This document shows, piece by piece, positions 40,316-50,850 of a DNA stretch of 64,000 nt (its first letter is position 1; every line of letters begins with the position of its first letter). The notes beneath the pieces are model-generated. The model was not told the origin of the DNA. It did no database searches and was given only the letters and a program-made list of their open reading frames with translations. The DNA lies in NCBI GenBank assembly GCA_965237415.1, contig CBDEFM010000002.1, positions 1-64,000 on the forward strand, given 5' to 3'. The DNA comes from Alphaproteobacteria bacterium. GTDB taxonomy: Bacteria; Pseudomonadota; Alphaproteobacteria; UBA828. The position numbers and the translations under genes are program-made.

Positions 40316-41245
40316 ATGGCCGCTACGACCGATGAAGAGCTCAGCACTTTTCGGGACTTTGTGGCCCGTACTTTTGCAGGGCGCTACAACCTTTCCATCA
40401 ACAAACGGCGTACGCTAATAAAGAGCCTTGCCCGGACGTGCACGGTTCCTAAAAGCATAGATATATCGGCAGCCGACATTGCTGGCGTTCCAGCTTGGAC
40501 TCTGGCGAGGAGCGCAGGAGACAGCGATCCGGTCTCTAGCTCTCCAATCATCTTGTACCTTCATGGAGGCGCATTTGTTTCGGGCGGGATAGAGTCGCAT
40601 TGCGGACTTGCCGGACGCATTGCCACCACGACCGGCGTGCCTGTCTTGTTCGTGGAGTACGGGCTTTCGCCGGAGAATCCTTTTCCGTCGGCTCTTAACG
40701 ACGTTGCAGCGGTATATAAAGAACTGGTTCGCGCTCATTTGCCGGCCTCGGCGATTGCAATTTGCGGCGACTCGGCAGGGGGGAACCTTGCAATTGCGGC
40801 GCTCCAACTGGCGAAGCACAACGGGCTTCCGATGCCCGCGGCTTGCGCGGCTATCAGCCCTGCTCTCGATCTTACATTGTCCAGCGCAAGCTATCGCAGA
40901 AATGCACAAGCTGATCTGTTTCTTTCACGCGAGGGCTTGGCCAAGGACGTTGCCGTCTACCTTGCCGGTCATGATGCATCTGACCCGCTTGCCTCGCCAC
41001 TCTTTGCAGAGACCGAAGGCCTGTCTCCCTTACTCCTGCAAGTCGGAGGTAATGAAGTCTTAATTGACGAAACGGTCGCATTTGCCCGCAACGCTGCAAT
41101 GGCCGGAAATACGGTGCGACTTGAAATCTACAAGAACATGACCCATGCGTGGCAGTTTTTTCCCGATATGCTCCAGGAAGCTGTCATCTCAACAAAATCG
41201 GTCGCTGATTTTCTGACTGCGTACCTACCAAGAAGTGTGCAGTGA
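40316..41245 (+). CDS. Alpha/beta hydrolase (HSL-type esterase)
   Basis: YLHGGAF, GDSAGG, E.L.D, H.W; visibly lower GC than flanks. Confidence 0.9.
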   Translation: MAATTDEELSTFRDFVARTFAGRYNLSINKRRTLIKSLARTCTVPKSIDISAADIAGVPAWTLARSAGDSDPVSSSPIILYLHGGAFVSGGIESHCGLAGRIATTTGVPVLFVEYGLSPENPFPSALNDVAAVYKELVRAHLPASAIAICGDSAGGNLAIAALQLAKHNGLPMPAACAAISPALDLTLSSASYRRNAQADLFLSREGLAKDVAVYLAGHDASDPLASPLFAETEGLSPLLLQVGGNEVLIDETVAFARNAAMAGNTVRLEIYKNMTHAWQFFPDMLQEAVISTKSVADFLTAYLPRSVQ

Positions 41246-41394
41246 ACTGCAACCGGAGTGAACTATATTCACTGCGGGGAAGAAATGCGCGCGCGGAGGT
41301 AGCGTGCGCACATGCCAACGGCAAAGATCAAGCATTTTGAGATCCCCTATGAGGAGTACGGTAAGGGTTCGCGCGGCCCGTCTGCCGGGAGAGG

Positions 41395-41644
41395 AAGCGC
41401 CGTGTTGCTATCGAGCCGGTGCTCGGCCACGTGAAGGCCGAGCACCGCATGGACCGAAACTGCATCAAGGGCCCGGACGTCGACCGCGCCAACTCCGTCC
41501 TGGCCGCCGCCGGCTACAACTTCCACCTGCTCCTGAGATAGTTCGAGGCCCTGTTGCGCACCCTGATCAGGGCCCTTCTCACCAACCTCGTCGCCCCTCA
41601 AACGCCCCAACAATTGACGGGATCGGAATCTTCACGGACGACTA
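41395..41644 (+). mobile_element. IS5 family transposase 3' remnant
   Basis: IEPVLGHVKAEHRMDRN..KG..D..N.VLAAAGYNF; internal stop; end TTCACGGACGACTA. Confidence 0.7.
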
Positions 41645-41671
41645 AGGCGTGGCCGGCGGGCGGGCTTAGGC

Positions 41672-41822
41672 CGCCTCCGCGTCTCCGCGCAGACCACCGG
41701 CAGACTGGCCTCGGCCAGCCCGTCGTAGAGCCGCTGCGGCAGCGGCCCTGCCTCCAGACCGATGCGGGTCACACCCATCCTGGGGTCGGCGAAGAACGCC
41801 ACCAGAGCATCTGGCTCGCTCA
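41672..41822 (-). mobile_element. IS110 family transposase N-terminal fragment
   Basis: SEPDALV..RIGLEAGPL..LYDGL..LPVVCAETR. Confidence 0.7.
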
Positions 41823-42031
41823 GCACATTCGCCTTTCTCGGCGGGATTCCCCGATCGATCCTGTACGACAGTACGACCCTGCCGCTTGAAAGCGATGCTG
41901 TTAGAGCGGTGCTTTGCCATGGGCGTCGATCCTTCGAATGCTCGATGCACCGGTCAAATCATTTCACACCAACAGTCTGCTCCAAGGGGCCCACTCAAAG
42001 GTCGGGGGTCAGCTTTGGACGCCTGTTGACA
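41823..42031. mobile_element. Concatenated IstA fragment, IS3-like left end and IS21-like end
   Basis: FAFLGGIPRSILYD (+); TGTTGGTG..MAKHRSNSIAFKRQ (-); TGTCAACAGGCGTCCAAAGCTGACCCCC (-) from 42031. Confidence 0.55.
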
Positions 42032-42204
42032 AGAGATGTCACGATGCAATTCAGTGCAGTTGGGCTCACACATCTGAACGCCTCCACAGAATCGTGTCAT
42101 ACAGATTAGCTGAAACAGCGACTAATACATCAGGTGCCACTCTTGCGACGGCTACGCACAGATCATAGACTCTACACTAAGCGGATGCCAAGAAGGAGAG
42201 CAAC

Positions 42205-42933
42205 ATGACCCTGGAACTCTATCATTCTGACAAGTCTACCTGCAGTCAGAAGGTCCGTATTTGTTTGGCAGAAAAGGCGCTGGATTGGATCAACCGGCAT
42301 GTGGATTTGCCCGGTGGCGAGCATGTGTTGCCCGCCTATCTCGCACTCAATCCCAATGGCGTTGTGCCGACGCTTGTCCACGACGGAGCAGCAATCATCG
42401 AATCAACAGTGATCGGCGAGTATCTCGACGAGCTCTCCCCTGGCGAGCCGCGCCTGACGCCGGATGGCATTTTGTCCCGCGCGCGGATGCGGGTCTGGCT
42501 CCGCTATATCGACGAGGTTCCCTCTATGGCAATTCGGGTGCCGACCTTCCAGAAGATCCAGTTGCCGCGCTTTCAGAAAATGACAGAGGATGAGTTCGAC
42601 GACTTCGCCAACCGAAATCCCTTGCGGAAGCCGTTCCTCCGACGCATGGGCCGCAGCGGATTCAGCAAGGAGGACTACGACATGGCCATCGAGCAGTTGG
42701 AACAATCGCTCGGTCGGATGGAGGGCGCCCTTGGTGAGGGATCTTGGCTGGTCGGCGATCACTACTCCATCGCCGACATCTGCATTGCACCCGTGTTGCA
42801 GCGCATGGAGGACCTCGGCATGTCAGACATGTGGACAGCCAAGCGCCCACGAGTGAGAGACTGGTACGACCGGATAAGGGCGCGTTCGGCCTATCAGACA
42901 GCGTTCTATCCGGGATCCCGACTGGTTGTTTGA
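42205..42933 (+). CDS. Glutathione S-transferase family protein
   Basis: STCSQKVR, LNPNGVVPTL, ESTVI.EYLD, YSIADI. Confidence 0.9.
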   Translation: MTLELYHSDKSTCSQKVRICLAEKALDWINRHVDLPGGEHVLPAYLALNPNGVVPTLVHDGAAIIESTVIGEYLDELSPGEPRLTPDGILSRARMRVWLRYIDEVPSMAIRVPTFQKIQLPRFQKMTEDEFDDFANRNPLRKPFLRRMGRSGFSKEDYDMAIEQLEQSLGRMEGALGEGSWLVGDHYSIADICIAPVLQRMEDLGMSDMWTAKRPRVRDWYDRIRARSAYQTAFYPGSRLVV

Positions 42934-42960
42934 CCGCCGGCTGTCCGGGATTCTCCGGCT

Positions 42961-43983
42961 CTAGGATATGCCGCCGCGGCTTCGGTATCGAGCGCCGATC
43001 GTCGCCAGGATGAGGACGGCGCCAGCAAATAGTTGTTGTGTGAAGGCAGGGGCGCCGAACATCAGAAGGCCGACGGTGCCCGTCTCGATGAGATAGACGC
43101 CGAGAACGGTGCCAAGGATGTGAAAGGTTCGGCGTGTCAGCGTAACCGAGCCGAGGAACGCCGCTGCGAACGCCGGGAGCAAGAACACGACGCCGAACTC
43201 CGGCGTCAGCGACGCTTGGCGCGCCGTATAGATCAAGCCGGCCAGCGCGCTCAGCACGCCCGCCATCACGAACGCCATCACCACTTGGCGCTCGACGCGG
43301 ATTCCGGACATTCGGCTCGCGGCACGATTGCCGCCGGTGGCGTACATGTGTCGGCCCGTCGCGGTATAGCGGAGCAGAATCGCCAGCGCGACCGCGCTTA
43401 CCGCCAAATAGAACACCGGCGCCTGCAGCCCGCCGAGCGACCAGCGGCCGAGGACCAGGAATGCGTCCGAATAGCCGGTGAATATCACGCGATTGTCAGT
43501 GATCCAGAGCGAGAAGCCGATGAGCAGGCTGGACGACCCGATCGTGGCGATCAACGCGGGAATCTGAAACTTGGTGACGAGAATCCCGTTAATCAGGCCG
43601 ATCAGAATGCCGCAGGCGAGCACGACGAGAATTACGAGGCCGAGGTGCCAGTTGGCCTGCGCATCGAGCACGGCGCCGAGCGAGCCGCCGAAGGACGCGG
43701 CGGCGCCGACCGACAGATCGAATTCGCCGACCACGAGGACGACGGTCAAGCCGCAGGTCAGGATCGCGAGGACTGCGCCGTTGTTCAGGATCGCCGTCAA
43801 GTTGTCGGTGGTCGGGAAATAGGTGGGCTCGGCGACGCCGAATCCGACGATCAGAAAGATGAAAAAGATGATCGGCGCGAGCGAGCCCAAGTCATAGCGC
43901 CGCCGCGCCGCGCCCAAGGCGTCCTGCCAGCCGCGCGATTCCGCGTTCTTGGTGTCGCTTTGGCGAACCGGTGGCGAGGTCAT
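42961..43983 (-). CDS. Sugar-type (RbsC-like) ABC permease
   Basis: GEFDLSVG, IPALIATIG, GR.MYATGGN..A..SG. Confidence 0.88.
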   Translation of the reverse strand: MTSPPVRQSDTKNAESRGWQDALGAARRRYDLGSLAPIIFFIFLIVGFGVAEPTYFPTTDNLTAILNNGAVLAILTCGLTVVLVVGEFDLSVGAAASFGGSLGAVLDAQANWHLGLVILVVLACGILIGLINGILVTKFQIPALIATIGSSSLLIGFSLWITDNRVIFTGYSDAFLVLGRWSLGGLQAPVFYLAVSAVALAILLRYTATGRHMYATGGNRAASRMSGIRVERQVVMAFVMAGVLSALAGLIYTARQASLTPEFGVVFLLPAFAAAFLGSVTLTRRTFHILGTVLGVYLIETGTVGLLMFGAPAFTQQLFAGAVLILATIGARYRSRGGIS

Positions 43984-45500
43984 TGCATGGCTGCCCCATC
44001 TTGCTCGCCGGTGAGCAGGAAATGAAGGATCGTATCCTTCGAGATGTCCTCTGCCTCGACCTCGCCGATCATTCTACCCTCATGCAACAGAAGCACCCGG
44101 TCGCATAACGCCTCGAATTCCTCGAGCTCCGAGGAGACCATGATGATGGCCACTCCCTCGCTGGCGAGGTTTCGAATGATGTCGTAAATCTGCCCTTTCG
44201 AACGGATGTCCACGCCATGAGTGGGCTCATCGAGCAGCAGGACGCGGATCGGCCCGGTGATCCATCGGGCGAAGATCGCTTTCTGCTGGTTGCCGCCCGA
44301 GAGCTGGGTCATGAGCGCGGTGATCGCTGGCATGCGCACATCGAGGTGTTCGGTCGATTTCTTTGCGGCATTCCGCTCCTCACGCAGGCTCAAGAGGCCC
44401 CGGCGCGTGAAGCGGCGGGCCCAGGGCAGAGTGACGTTCTGCCAAATCTGAAGCGACGCAACGTAGCCGTCCTGCTGGCGGTCCTCGGTGACGAGCGCGA
44501 CACCGGCGGCCAGGGCGTCTGCCGCATCGCGAAAGGTGCGCGGCTTGCCGTCTATCAAGATCTCGCCTTCGCTGAAGGGGCGGACTCCAAACAGGACGTG
44601 CAGCAACCGGCTTCGTCCGGAGCCTCCGAGCCCCGATACACCGAGTATTTCGCCTGCGCTGAGCTCGAAGGAGAGGTCATGCAGCCGTCCATCGCCGAGG
44701 CCCCGCACGATCAGCTTCGGTTCCCTGGCATCGGCCGGTGCCGACCTGCTTTTTCGTTGGAAGAGGTCGTCCATCGCCGTGCCGACGATATGGTGGGCGA
44801 TCTCTTTCTGAGTCAGCCCTTCGACGGGCAGCGTCACGACCCGCTTCCCGTCCCGCAGAACCGTCACGCGGTCGGCGAGCCGGAAGATCTCTTCCAGCCG
44901 ATGGCTGATGTAAATGATCGTGACGCCGCGATCGCGCACGGTGCGAATGACGTCGTGTAGGATACGAACCTCGGGTTCGGACAGGGACGCGGTGACCTCA
45001 TCGAGCACGAGGACACGAAGCCCGCGCTTGAGCGCACGCGCGACCGCGACGAGTTGACGCTCGTGAATGTGCAAGGTTTCGAGGGCGGCGCGGGGGTCAA
45101 CGGAGAGGCCGACTTCCGCTAGGTCCCGGCCCGCCGCGCGATGTTCGGCGCGCCAATCGATCAGCCCGGCGCGTCGTCGCTCGTAGGGAACCCCGAGCAA
45201 GAGATTTTCGGTGACGGTAAGGTTCGGAACAAACATGGGAATCTGATGCACGCAGCCGACGCCGTGCTTGATCGCTTCGCCCGGATGAGTGAACCGCACC
45301 GGATCCCCGTCCAGGACGATCTCGCCCGAATCGGCGATGTGATCACCAGCGAGCACGCGGATCAGGGTCGACTTGCCGGCGCCGTTCTCACCGACGAGGG
45401 CATGAATTTCCCCCGCAACAAAATCGACACTCACGCGGTCGACGGCGACCACGGATCCAAAGCTCTTTGTTACTTCGCGGAACGAGAGGAGCGGCGCCAC
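43980..45500 (-). CDS. Sugar-type (RbsA-like) double-domain ABC ATPase
   Basis: GENGAGKST, LDE, LSGGNQQK, DEPT.GVD; start approximate. Confidence 0.9.
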   Translation of the reverse strand: MAPLLSFREVTKSFGSVVAVDRVSVDFVAGEIHALVGENGAGKSTLIRVLAGDHIADSGEIVLDGDPVRFTHPGEAIKHGVGCVHQIPMFVPNLTVTENLLLGVPYERRRAGLIDWRAEHRAAGRDLAEVGLSVDPRAALETLHIHERQLVAVARALKRGLRVLVLDEVTASLSEPEVRILHDVIRTVRDRGVTIIYISHRLEEIFRLADRVTVLRDGKRVVTLPVEGLTQKEIAHHIVGTAMDDLFQRKSRSAPADAREPKLIVRGLGDGRLHDLSFELSAGEILGVSGLGGSGRSRLLHVLFGVRPFSEGEILIDGKPRTFRDAADALAAGVALVTEDRQQDGYVASLQIWQNVTLPWARRFTRRGLLSLREERNAAKKSTEHLDVRMPAITALMTQLSGGNQQKAIFARWITGPIRVLLLDEPTHGVDIRSKGQIYDIIRNLASEGVAIIMVSSELEEFEALCDRVLLLHEGRMIGEVEAEDISKDTILHFLLTGEQDGAAMQ

Positions 45501-45561
45501 GCCGCCCCCATTGACCGCGTTTGACCCTCTAGTGGTAATTTGCTCGCCACCGCCGCCCGGT

Positions 45562-46710
45562 CTACCTCGCGGCGTCCCACATCTCCTTGTAACGCGCCTT
45601 GAAGTCGAAGCCCGGCCAGTACTTCTCACCGACCGGTGGCACGTTCGAGTTGTCGGTCAACTGAATCGGGAAGTCTGTGTTGACCCCGACCGGGGCGCCG
45701 TTCAACGCGCGATTGCACTCATCGATGCCCGCCCAGGAGACCCATTCGAGGCCCCAGCTGATCGTTGCAACCTGCTGCCCGCCGCCGCGTAACGAATCAT
45801 AGGCGACATCCTCACCGTCGAAGCTCACGCCCTTGATCTCGGTGCGCCCGCGCTGCTGTGCGGTTTGCAGAACCGGCCTCAGCACCTCGTCATAGGGGCC
45901 GATCACCCACTGGAAGCTGTCCTTGGGGTAGCGCGTGAGCAGCGCCTGGGTCTTGGTGACCAGGCCTTGCGCGCCCTGTACGAGCGAGAATTCCTCACGA
46001 TGGAGGATCTCGGTCGTCCCCCCACCATGCTTCTCGACATAGTCGATGAAGCCATCGGTCCGGACCGTGAGCTGCGGCAGCTGCGGGGCGTTGAGCACGA
46101 CGACCTTGCCGCCGCCGTTGGCGACCACATAGGCGCCGAGCAGTGCGCCGGCGGCCGCGTAGTCGAGACCGTAGCCAACGTCGCCGCCGAAATCGCGCGG
46201 ATCATCCGAAAAGCCCGTGACGAAGGCCACGCCCCGCTCCTTGCCCCGCGCGATTTGAGCACTGATGTCGCGTGCCGGACTGGCCAGCGTGAGGACGCAT
46301 TTCACGTCTCTGTTGATAGCGACGTCGACCGCTTTCTGTGCGGTCGCTGGGTCCCCCTGGGTGTCGATCGAGAACGCCTCCCAGCCGATCGCCTCTGCCG
46401 CGTCCTTCGCCTTATCGAAGAGATACTTGCACACGACAAAAGCCATCGGGCAGGGCATCACGGCAACGGTCACACCTTCGACCGGCGGGGGGGAGGAATC
46501 GGCGCCGGTCCAGAACACACCGCCCTCCTCCAGGGGGCTGCGCGACATCTTGCTCAGCAGCCCCGCCTCGACAACCTTCTTCGCGTAGGCAACCGCATCC
46601 GCCGCCTCATCGCTTCGCGCATCCGGCGCCAGCGCGAACACGAACGCGCAGACCGTCGCGACCGCTCCCAGCCGGCGAACGATCCTAGTGTGGCTCTTCC
46701 TCAATGACAT
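45562..46710 (-). CDS. Sugar-type ABC substrate-binding protein
   Basis: Signal peptide, periplasmic binding protein pattern, operon position. Confidence 0.8.
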   Translation of the reverse strand: MSLRKSHTRIVRRLGAVATVCAFVFALAPDARSDEAADAVAYAKKVVEAGLLSKMSRSPLEEGGVFWTGADSSPPPVEGVTVAVMPCPMAFVVCKYLFDKAKDAAEAIGWEAFSIDTQGDPATAQKAVDVAINRDVKCVLTLASPARDISAQIARGKERGVAFVTGFSDDPRDFGGDVGYGLDYAAAGALLGAYVVANGGGKVVVLNAPQLPQLTVRTDGFIDYVEKHGGGTTEILHREEFSLVQGAQGLVTKTQALLTRYPKDSFQWVIGPYDEVLRPVLQTAQQRGRTEIKGVSFDGEDVAYDSLRGGGQQVATISWGLEWVSWAGIDECNRALNGAPVGVNTDFPIQLTDNSNVPPVGEKYWPGFDFKARYKEMWDAAR

Positions 46711-47161
46711 TCTGTGCCTCCTCTGGTGATGCGGCGTGCTTGCCTATTGTTGTGGTATTGGGCGCAGATTGTGGCGTTCGACGCAGAGCCGTCATGTGCG
46801 CCGATTGACTGGAGCGGAGGTCCGTAAGACGGCGGCGGTAGGCGGGCGTCATCTGCTCCCGGTCCCACACATGGGCATAGTCGACGCGGACCTCCACGCT
46901 TCCGACACCGGGCAGCGACGCGAGTTCGCGCTGGGCCGCCTGTTGGAATACCGCACCCATCATGCATCCCGGCTCGGTGATGAAGAGCGTCAGGTCGATG
47001 TGAGCACCCGCCTGCCCCTCTTCGATGATCAGATCGCCGACCAGGCCCATCGAAACCAACCCTGCCGGTGCGCCGGCGGCGGCGCTGCACGGATCGACGA
47101 TCGTCTCGAGGCGAGCCCGGATTGCGCTCCGCAGCGCGGCGATGTCGCTCTCAGTCGGCAT
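46685..47161 (-). CDS. DUF59/PaaD/SufT-like metal-sulfur cluster assembly factor
   Basis: IVDPCS, LVSMGLV, TEPGC, W..EQMT. Confidence 0.8.
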   Translation of the reverse strand: MPTESDIAALRSAIRARLETIVDPCSAAAGAPAGLVSMGLVGDLIIEEGQAGAHIDLTLFITEPGCMMGAVFQQAAQRELASLPGVGSVEVRVDYAHVWDREQMTPAYRRRLTDLRSSQSAHMTALRRTPQSAPNTTTIGKHAASPEEAQNVIEEEPH

Positions 47162-48221
47162 GCATCCTCAACCCCGACCACGGCTCGACGAGTGCGCGTG
47201 GCTTGCCGCAGCCATCGCCGGCGGTCTCGCCGCCGAACGCGTCGACGTCGATGCCCAGCAGCCTCGCTGCGTTCAGGCCGAGGATGCCGCGCTTGACCTC
47301 TTCGGTGAGTGGTGGGAAGCCGTAGCCTTCCATCAAGTCCTCTGGCATCTCCAAATTCCAGAAGGCCTCCTCGTACCAGCGGGAATGCACGACCGCGCCG
47401 CCAATCGCCCACAAGATCCGATCGGCGGCGCCGGCAGACATCAGGTTGCCGATGATCTCGAGAAACTTGCGCGGCGCCTTGGCGAGTAGCGCTGTGGTGC
47501 CCTCGGTACTCACGGTGATGTTGGGATGCCACATGAGGAGCGCCATCGTCTCCTCCATGAAGGCGAAGCCGCCGTGGACGATCTCGAAGGTCAGGTCCGG
47601 GAAGGCCTTGGCGGCCGTGCCCACCTCGAACGGCCTGTAAGGCTCGATCGGAACCGGCCCCATGACGATCGCCTTGTGCAGGGCGACGGTGCGTATCCCG
47701 TGCCTTTGAACGCGTTCAAAGATAGGGAACAGGAGCTTCTCGTCGTCGATCCTGATGCTGCGAAGCTCGCCCGCTACGACATCATGAGGATACAACTTGA
47801 TGCCCGAGACCTCGTGCTCCTCGACCAACTGGTCGACGCGCTCCAGCGCACCCGGTTGGTGCGGCGAGATTCCGCCATAGAGGAAGACGCGGCCGGGCCA
47901 ACGCCGCCGCATCTCCGCGCCGACCGAAAGCGGCGAGCCTCCGTCTTTGAAATAGCCGTAGAGTGGCAGCTCGTGATAGATCGTGGCGTCGGTGTGGCTC
48001 TCAGCGAAGAGCACTTGGCCGGTTAACCCCGCGTTGCAGATTCGAGTGTTGAATGTCTCCTCGTCAAGGATCAGGTCATCGCGCCCTTTCGGCGCGAAGT
48101 GGCGGTGGAACTGATAAACGCCCGTCGAGATGCCGTCCGCGTAGGGCTGTCCGATGCGATTCTCCGGGTCGAAGCTGTAGGCATGGCAAATAGCGTCGAG
48201 CACGAAAACGTCGTCGAGCAT
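47151..48221 (-). CDS. Amidohydrolase_2 family protein
   Basis: DAICHAY, GIKLYP, LHKA, FPDL.FEIVHGG, ILGLNAARL. Confidence 0.85.
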   Translation of the reverse strand: MLDDVFVLDAICHAYSFDPENRIGQPYADGISTGVYQFHRHFAPKGRDDLILDEETFNTRICNAGLTGQVLFAESHTDATIYHELPLYGYFKDGGSPLSVGAEMRRRWPGRVFLYGGISPHQPGALERVDQLVEEHEVSGIKLYPHDVVAGELRSIRIDDEKLLFPIFERVQRHGIRTVALHKAIVMGPVPIEPYRPFEVGTAAKAFPDLTFEIVHGGFAFMEETMALLMWHPNITVSTEGTTALLAKAPRKFLEIIGNLMSAGAADRILWAIGGAVVHSRWYEEAFWNLEMPEDLMEGYGFPPLTEEVKRGILGLNAARLLGIDVDAFGGETAGDGCGKPRALVEPWSGLRMHAD

Positions 48222-48506
48222 CTAGCGCTTCCTTTCGAAAAGGAGGTTGGTCCGCATCGACCCTTCAGGGCTGGTGGCGACCGCGAACCCAGCCGTGGAT
48301 TGGACGGCTAGGCGCTGCAACCCGCTCCGATGGACAGCGCGACGTCTCCCATGCGCTGCGTGGACACGATGGACACGCAGCGCCACTGTGCACGAGGCGG
48401 CGATTCGCCAACGGTCCGGATCCATCGCCCGTCTCCAGCCGCAGCCAGCCGCAGTCACCTTCTCCGAAGGTAAGTCTAGGCGGCCAGCACAGCGTTGTCC
48501 ATCATA

Positions 48507-48850
48507 TGTCCTCGTTCAGGACCTATGAGACGGCTGGGTCTCTTGGGCTGTGTGTTGGGCAAGGTATTCGGCCGAGGTTTGTCCGCCGGGGGCCTGGCGG
48601 GGCCTGAATATGTTGAACTCGTCGGCGAAGGCGCCGATCCATCGGTTGATGCCCTCGAAGTTGTCGATGGGAAGCTCCCATGTGGCGTAGAACTCGTAGC
48701 GCCAGGCGCCGTTGTTGCGCTCGACGTGGCCGTTGAACTGGAGAGATCGGGGCGGCAGTTCGAAGAGCTCGATGCCGCGCCTTGCGCATTCGGCCTCGAA
48801 GTCGGCCTTGAACTCCGATCCGCCATCGACCTGGATGACCCTGATGGGGA
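48507..48850 (-). mobile_element. IS481-like integrase-core 3' fragment
   Basis: IQVDGGSEF, PPRS..NGHVER, RP.QA.GG.T; end TGT at 48507. Confidence 0.7.
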
Positions 48851-49308
48851 ACCAATCCCGGACGTGCTCGACGGCGATGGCGTCCACGGTCATGCTCCCG
48901 AAGGCGGGCAGGATGTACCTAATACACCATGTAGGTGTTGGTCTCCAGGGTCCGGGGCTTCCAGTGCCGGGCCTGGCGTTCGAGGAACTCGGCGGCGAAG
49001 GCGTGCATCGGCCGCCCCGGCGTCCTCGGGCCGCCGTCCTTTTTCGCCGTGTCGAGAAAGGCAGCGATCAGCTTGCGGGCCTCGCGCCGCGCCTCGGGAA
49101 CGGCGAGGGTGTCGGCGCTGCCGATTGTGGCGTAGCGCCTGCGCCCGCGCGTCATGCGGTCGAGGGCGAAGCTGCGCGCTCCGCTCGGGAAGACGCGCAG
49201 GAACAGGCCCGGGACTACGTCGTCCCGGATGCCGTAACGCCTCGCGCGAGGCTTGGCGGCGCGGACGCACCGGGCGAAGGTGGATTTTCGATTGTCGGTC
49301 ATGGGCAA
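48851..49308 (-). pseudogene. Phage-type integrase N-terminal (arm-binding) fragment
   Basis: IRDD..PGLFLRVFPSG.RSF, TIG..EAR; ILPAFG..V.DWF; catalytic domain missing. Confidence 0.75.
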
Positions 49309-49700
49309 CGGCTCCTGTCTCGGGCCGCGCGACCGGGCGGTAGTACAGGAAGCGGCCGCGGCGGCGTTTCGTCGAGGAAGCCGAGCGGCGGGGCGGGGCG
49401 GGGCGAGCCGTAAGACTCTGTAGCTACGGGGTTTTCCGTCCGTTTAGGCGATGGCGGACACTGACCGGAAGTGCATCAACGATGCGTGGGTTGCGATACC
49501 AATCGCCTGGCGTGATCCTCGCCGCCTTCAGCCGATCGCCCAACGAAGCCCGACCACTGTTCCATCGTATCCGTTCCGTCAGGCCGTGGAACGGTGGGTG
49601 GACAGGAGTGGTAGGCGTCCGCTGAGGAAGGTGATTGGCTCGCTGTGCACGCTGGCTCCATTGGGCGGGCGGAGGATTCCACGGCGTGGCCGAACGGTTA

Positions 49701-50850
49701 TCGCGCCAGGCGAAGCCCTGGAGAGGAGGATGACATGAGCTGAAACCTCTCGTAGCGATCCAGCGGGTACGACTCCCGCCCGGCAAAGGCGCAGCCCGCC
49801 AGCCGGAAGCGAGTCTTGCATGGCGTGCGGCAACGCCCGTCGTGAAGCGTAGACAGCAGGTGATGAAGCGCCGCGGTAAGCCTCGAAATCGTAAATGATG
49901 ACGCCTTCATTGTTAATCGTGTGTGGGCAGCACCGGAAGCGCCGCTAATGGCGAGGCGCAACGGGACGTCCGGGGTCGTGGACCGGCGCAAAGTCACGGG
50001 ATGGACCGCCAGGGAACCTGGGAGATCCTGCTCTTGCCCGTGGGCAAGATCGCTGGAAAGGGGACGGCCAGTGTGAACAATCCAGACCCCGGCCCGTCGT
50101 CAGGTCTGCATGGCGGCGGGAGCGCCTTGGCGAACACGAACCCCGGCAGACGCCTGCGGAGCCGGCTGGCGAAATCAATAAGCCGAAGGACATGCAGGAG
50201 CAGGAAGTCGTAGCGCTCTGATAGTACCGCTGAAGGCGGGGAACCGTGGCCATCGGGACCCGCTCGAGGGAAGCGGAGCGTCATCTGCACAGACCCACTG
50301 ATGGGAAACGCTGGAGGAAACGCTGAGTTCCACCAACACGTACACGAAACAGCAGTGGATAGCCGAACAGGCGAGGGAGCATCCGGACCGGGTGTTCACG
50401 TCACTGCACCACCTGATCGACATCGATTGGGTGTCGGAGGCGTACCGACGGACGCGCAAGGATGGCGCGACGGGCATCGACGGCGTGACGGCTGCCGACT
50501 ACGCAAAGGACCTTGAGGCCAATCTCGAAAGCCTCCTGAGCCGGATCAAGTCGGGCAGCTATCGCGCGCCACCGGTGCGCCGCCACTACATCCCGAAGGC
50601 GGACGGCACGAAACGCCTCCTCGGCATCCCGACGTTTGAAGACAAGGTGGCGCAGCGGGCGATCCTGATGCTGCTGGAGCCGATTTACGAGACGGACTTT
50701 CTGCCGTGCTCGTACGGCTTCCGGCGCGGACGGTCAAGCCCACGATGCCCTCAGCGCATTGCGCACGGGCATCATCGAGCAGCGCCAGCGGTGGGTGATC
50801 GATGCCGATATCTCGAAGTACTTCGACTCGATCACACACTCCCACCTCCG
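49701..50850 (+). mobile_element. Group II intron 5' half with truncated, frameshifted reverse transcriptase
   Basis: Start TCGCGCCAGGCGAAGCCCTGG (GUGYG-like); RT motifs [34 protein letters not shown]; ends before YADD. Confidence 0.85.

Noticed and set aside
36800-41326. 16-bp direct repeat CATGCCAACGGCAAAG at 36800 and 41311 as att sites or a target duplication
   Set aside because: One 16-mer match in 64 kb is plausible by chance, and no element ends abut either copy.
49701-50850. Retron, DGR or defence-associated reverse transcriptase
   Set aside because: Preceded by group II intron RNA, truncated before YADD, and no template/variable repeat pair was seen.
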